A stretch of 47,456 nucleotides of DNA from an uncultured Candidatus Saccharibacteria bacterium (GTDB lineage: Bacteria > Patescibacteriota > Minisyncoccia > Phycocordibacterales > PALSA-1337): assembly GCA_964412585.1 (NCBI GenBank), contig CAYPPJ010000007.1, forward strand, positions 1-47,456. The letters are read 5' to 3'. Positions 46,429 to 47,456 of the stretch are shown here, one piece after another. The translations under genes and the position numbers were made by a program. The notes under the pieces are model-generated. The model made no database searches. It was not told the origin of the DNA and was given only the letters and a program-made list of their open reading frames with translations. Within the stretch, counting starts at the first letter, position 1, and each line of letters begins with the position of its first letter.

Positions 46429-46971
46429 ATGGTTACAGAAAATAGTGTCAAAAAAATATCCACAAATACTGTACCTCTTCAAATAATTGAACGGCGCATA
46501 CTTGTTATACGTGGAATGAGAGTAATGATTGATGCTGATTTGGCTGAATTGTATGGGGTTTCTACAATGCAACTTAATCAGGCTGTTAGAAGAAACTTTA
46601 GGCGTTTCCCAAGTGACTTCATGTTTCAACTCTCCGCTTCAGAAAAAGCAGAGGTTATCACAAATTGTGATAACCTCACTAAACTTAAATTTTCTCACCA
46701 CTTGCCACACGTCTTTACCGAACACGGCGTGGCCATGCTTTCATCTGTCCTTCGTAGTGAGCGTGCTGTCCAGGTAAACATCTTCATTATCCGTGCTTTT
46801 ATTAAAATTCGCGAAATTCTGGCATCAAACAAAGAGTTGGCATACAAAGTAGAAGAAATGGAGAGGGAACAGCGAGTTCAGAATCGTCACATCAACGCTA
46901 TTTATTCGATTTTAGATAAATTGATCGCGGAACCAGTAAAGTCAAAAAGCTCCTTCGGGTTTGTTAAATAA
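46429..46971 (+). CDS. ORF6N domain-containing protein (phage antirepressor-like DNA-binding)
   Basis: IRGMRVMIDADLAELYGV...LNQAVRRN..RFP.DFMFQL, FTEHGVAMLSSVLRS.RA.QVNI.IIRAF. Confidence 0.9.
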   Translation: MVTENSVKKISTNTVPLQIIERRILVIRGMRVMIDADLAELYGVSTMQLNQAVRRNFRRFPSDFMFQLSASEKAEVITNCDNLTKLKFSHHLPHVFTEHGVAMLSSVLRSERAVQVNIFIIRAFIKIREILASNKELAYKVEEMEREQRVQNRHINAIYSILDKLIAEPVKSKSSFGFVK

Positions 46972-47046
46972 CTGCTAAACTAGACAATAAATTATACATT
47001 ATTGTCAATGATTTTGACCCCCTTTTTCACCGCCCTGTTGAGGCTC

Positions 47047-47074
47047 TTGACTTTATTTCCTCTCCCTGTAAGAT
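47047..47074 (+). promoter_or_regulatory. Candidate rRNA promoter
   Basis: TTGACT-16-TAAGAT followed by C-rich agaccc, ~335 nt upstream of 16S. Confidence 0.5.
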
Positions 47075-47410
47075 AGACCCTACGTCCTGAAAAGCAGGGC
47101 GGTACCTTGAAAGTCATATAAAGTAATGAGAATGTACAATATTTTCTGAACCTCCTTAACTAGAGGTGAAAGAAAAGATATTTTGTGGTGCTCTTAGCGG
47201 GGCTCATAAAGTAGTGCAAGTACAAAGAATATTCCAATATAATAAATTCCAATTAAAAGAATGAGCTATGAGAAAACAGTAAGTGAAATATGAAATTAAA
47301 AAGTTGCGTCTCGATTTCTTCAGCCTTACGGCTTCAGAAACTCTCGACGTGAATTTTGCTGAGAAGCAAAATTCAAGCGCTTTCTATTTTGTTCCGTTCG
47401 CTTATAGTTA

Positions 47411-47456
47411 AGAGTTTGATCCTAGCTCAGGATGAACGCTGGCGGCGTGGATAAGG
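47411..47456 (+). rRNA. rrs: 16S rRNA 5' end (truncated by window; true 5' end a few nt upstream)
   Basis: agagtttgatcctagctcaggatgaacgctggcggcgtg. Confidence 0.95.

Noticed and set aside
35161-46971. Intact prophage (RhuM, ORF6N, MTases)
   Set aside because: No integrase, terminase, capsid or tail genes and no att pair found; better described as an accessory island.
43880-47007. Shared 11-mer cattattgtca at 43880 and 46997
   Set aside because: AT-rich word seen only twice; insufficient to call an operator without a genome-wide scan.

Overview
Chromosomal segment of a bacterium inferred to be Patescibacteria/Parcubacteria (CPR). This rests on the 23S intron, the variant 16S 5' end, gene starts without Shine-Dalgarno sites and giant Ser/Thr-rich surface proteins; TGA is used as stop, so genetic code 11. 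The window runs from the 3' end of a 23S rRNA gene (281-nt group I intron at the L2593 site) and a 5S gene to the first ~46 nt of a 16S gene. About 22 kb (2860-24894) is a tight three-gene cluster of giant surface proteins: (i) a 3353-aa fibre with an N-terminal helix-turn-helix before its membrane anchor, recombining internal repeats and a 7-blade LVIVD propeller; (ii) a triple-LamG protein; (iii) a 3217-aa protein built from three in-frame 'LamG + beta-helix + amphipathic tail' modules with conserved junctions. Envelope and housekeeping genes follow (rodA, GT4, phosphoglycosyl transferase, secD/secF, pseudouridine synthase). Then comes an accessory region with RhuM, two stand-alone Clp N-domain genes, a DpnA-like MTase plus candidate nuclease, a promoter-driven ORF-free structured region, MFS, a motif-degenerate MTase, cupin, a LexA-box-preceded dinB and ORF6N. 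Best candidates for something new: the HTH-TM-giant-fibre operon with its tri-modular possible polyprotein, the ~430-nt candidate ncRNA, and the Clp-N pair. All calls come from reading the sequence by eye; no database search was run.
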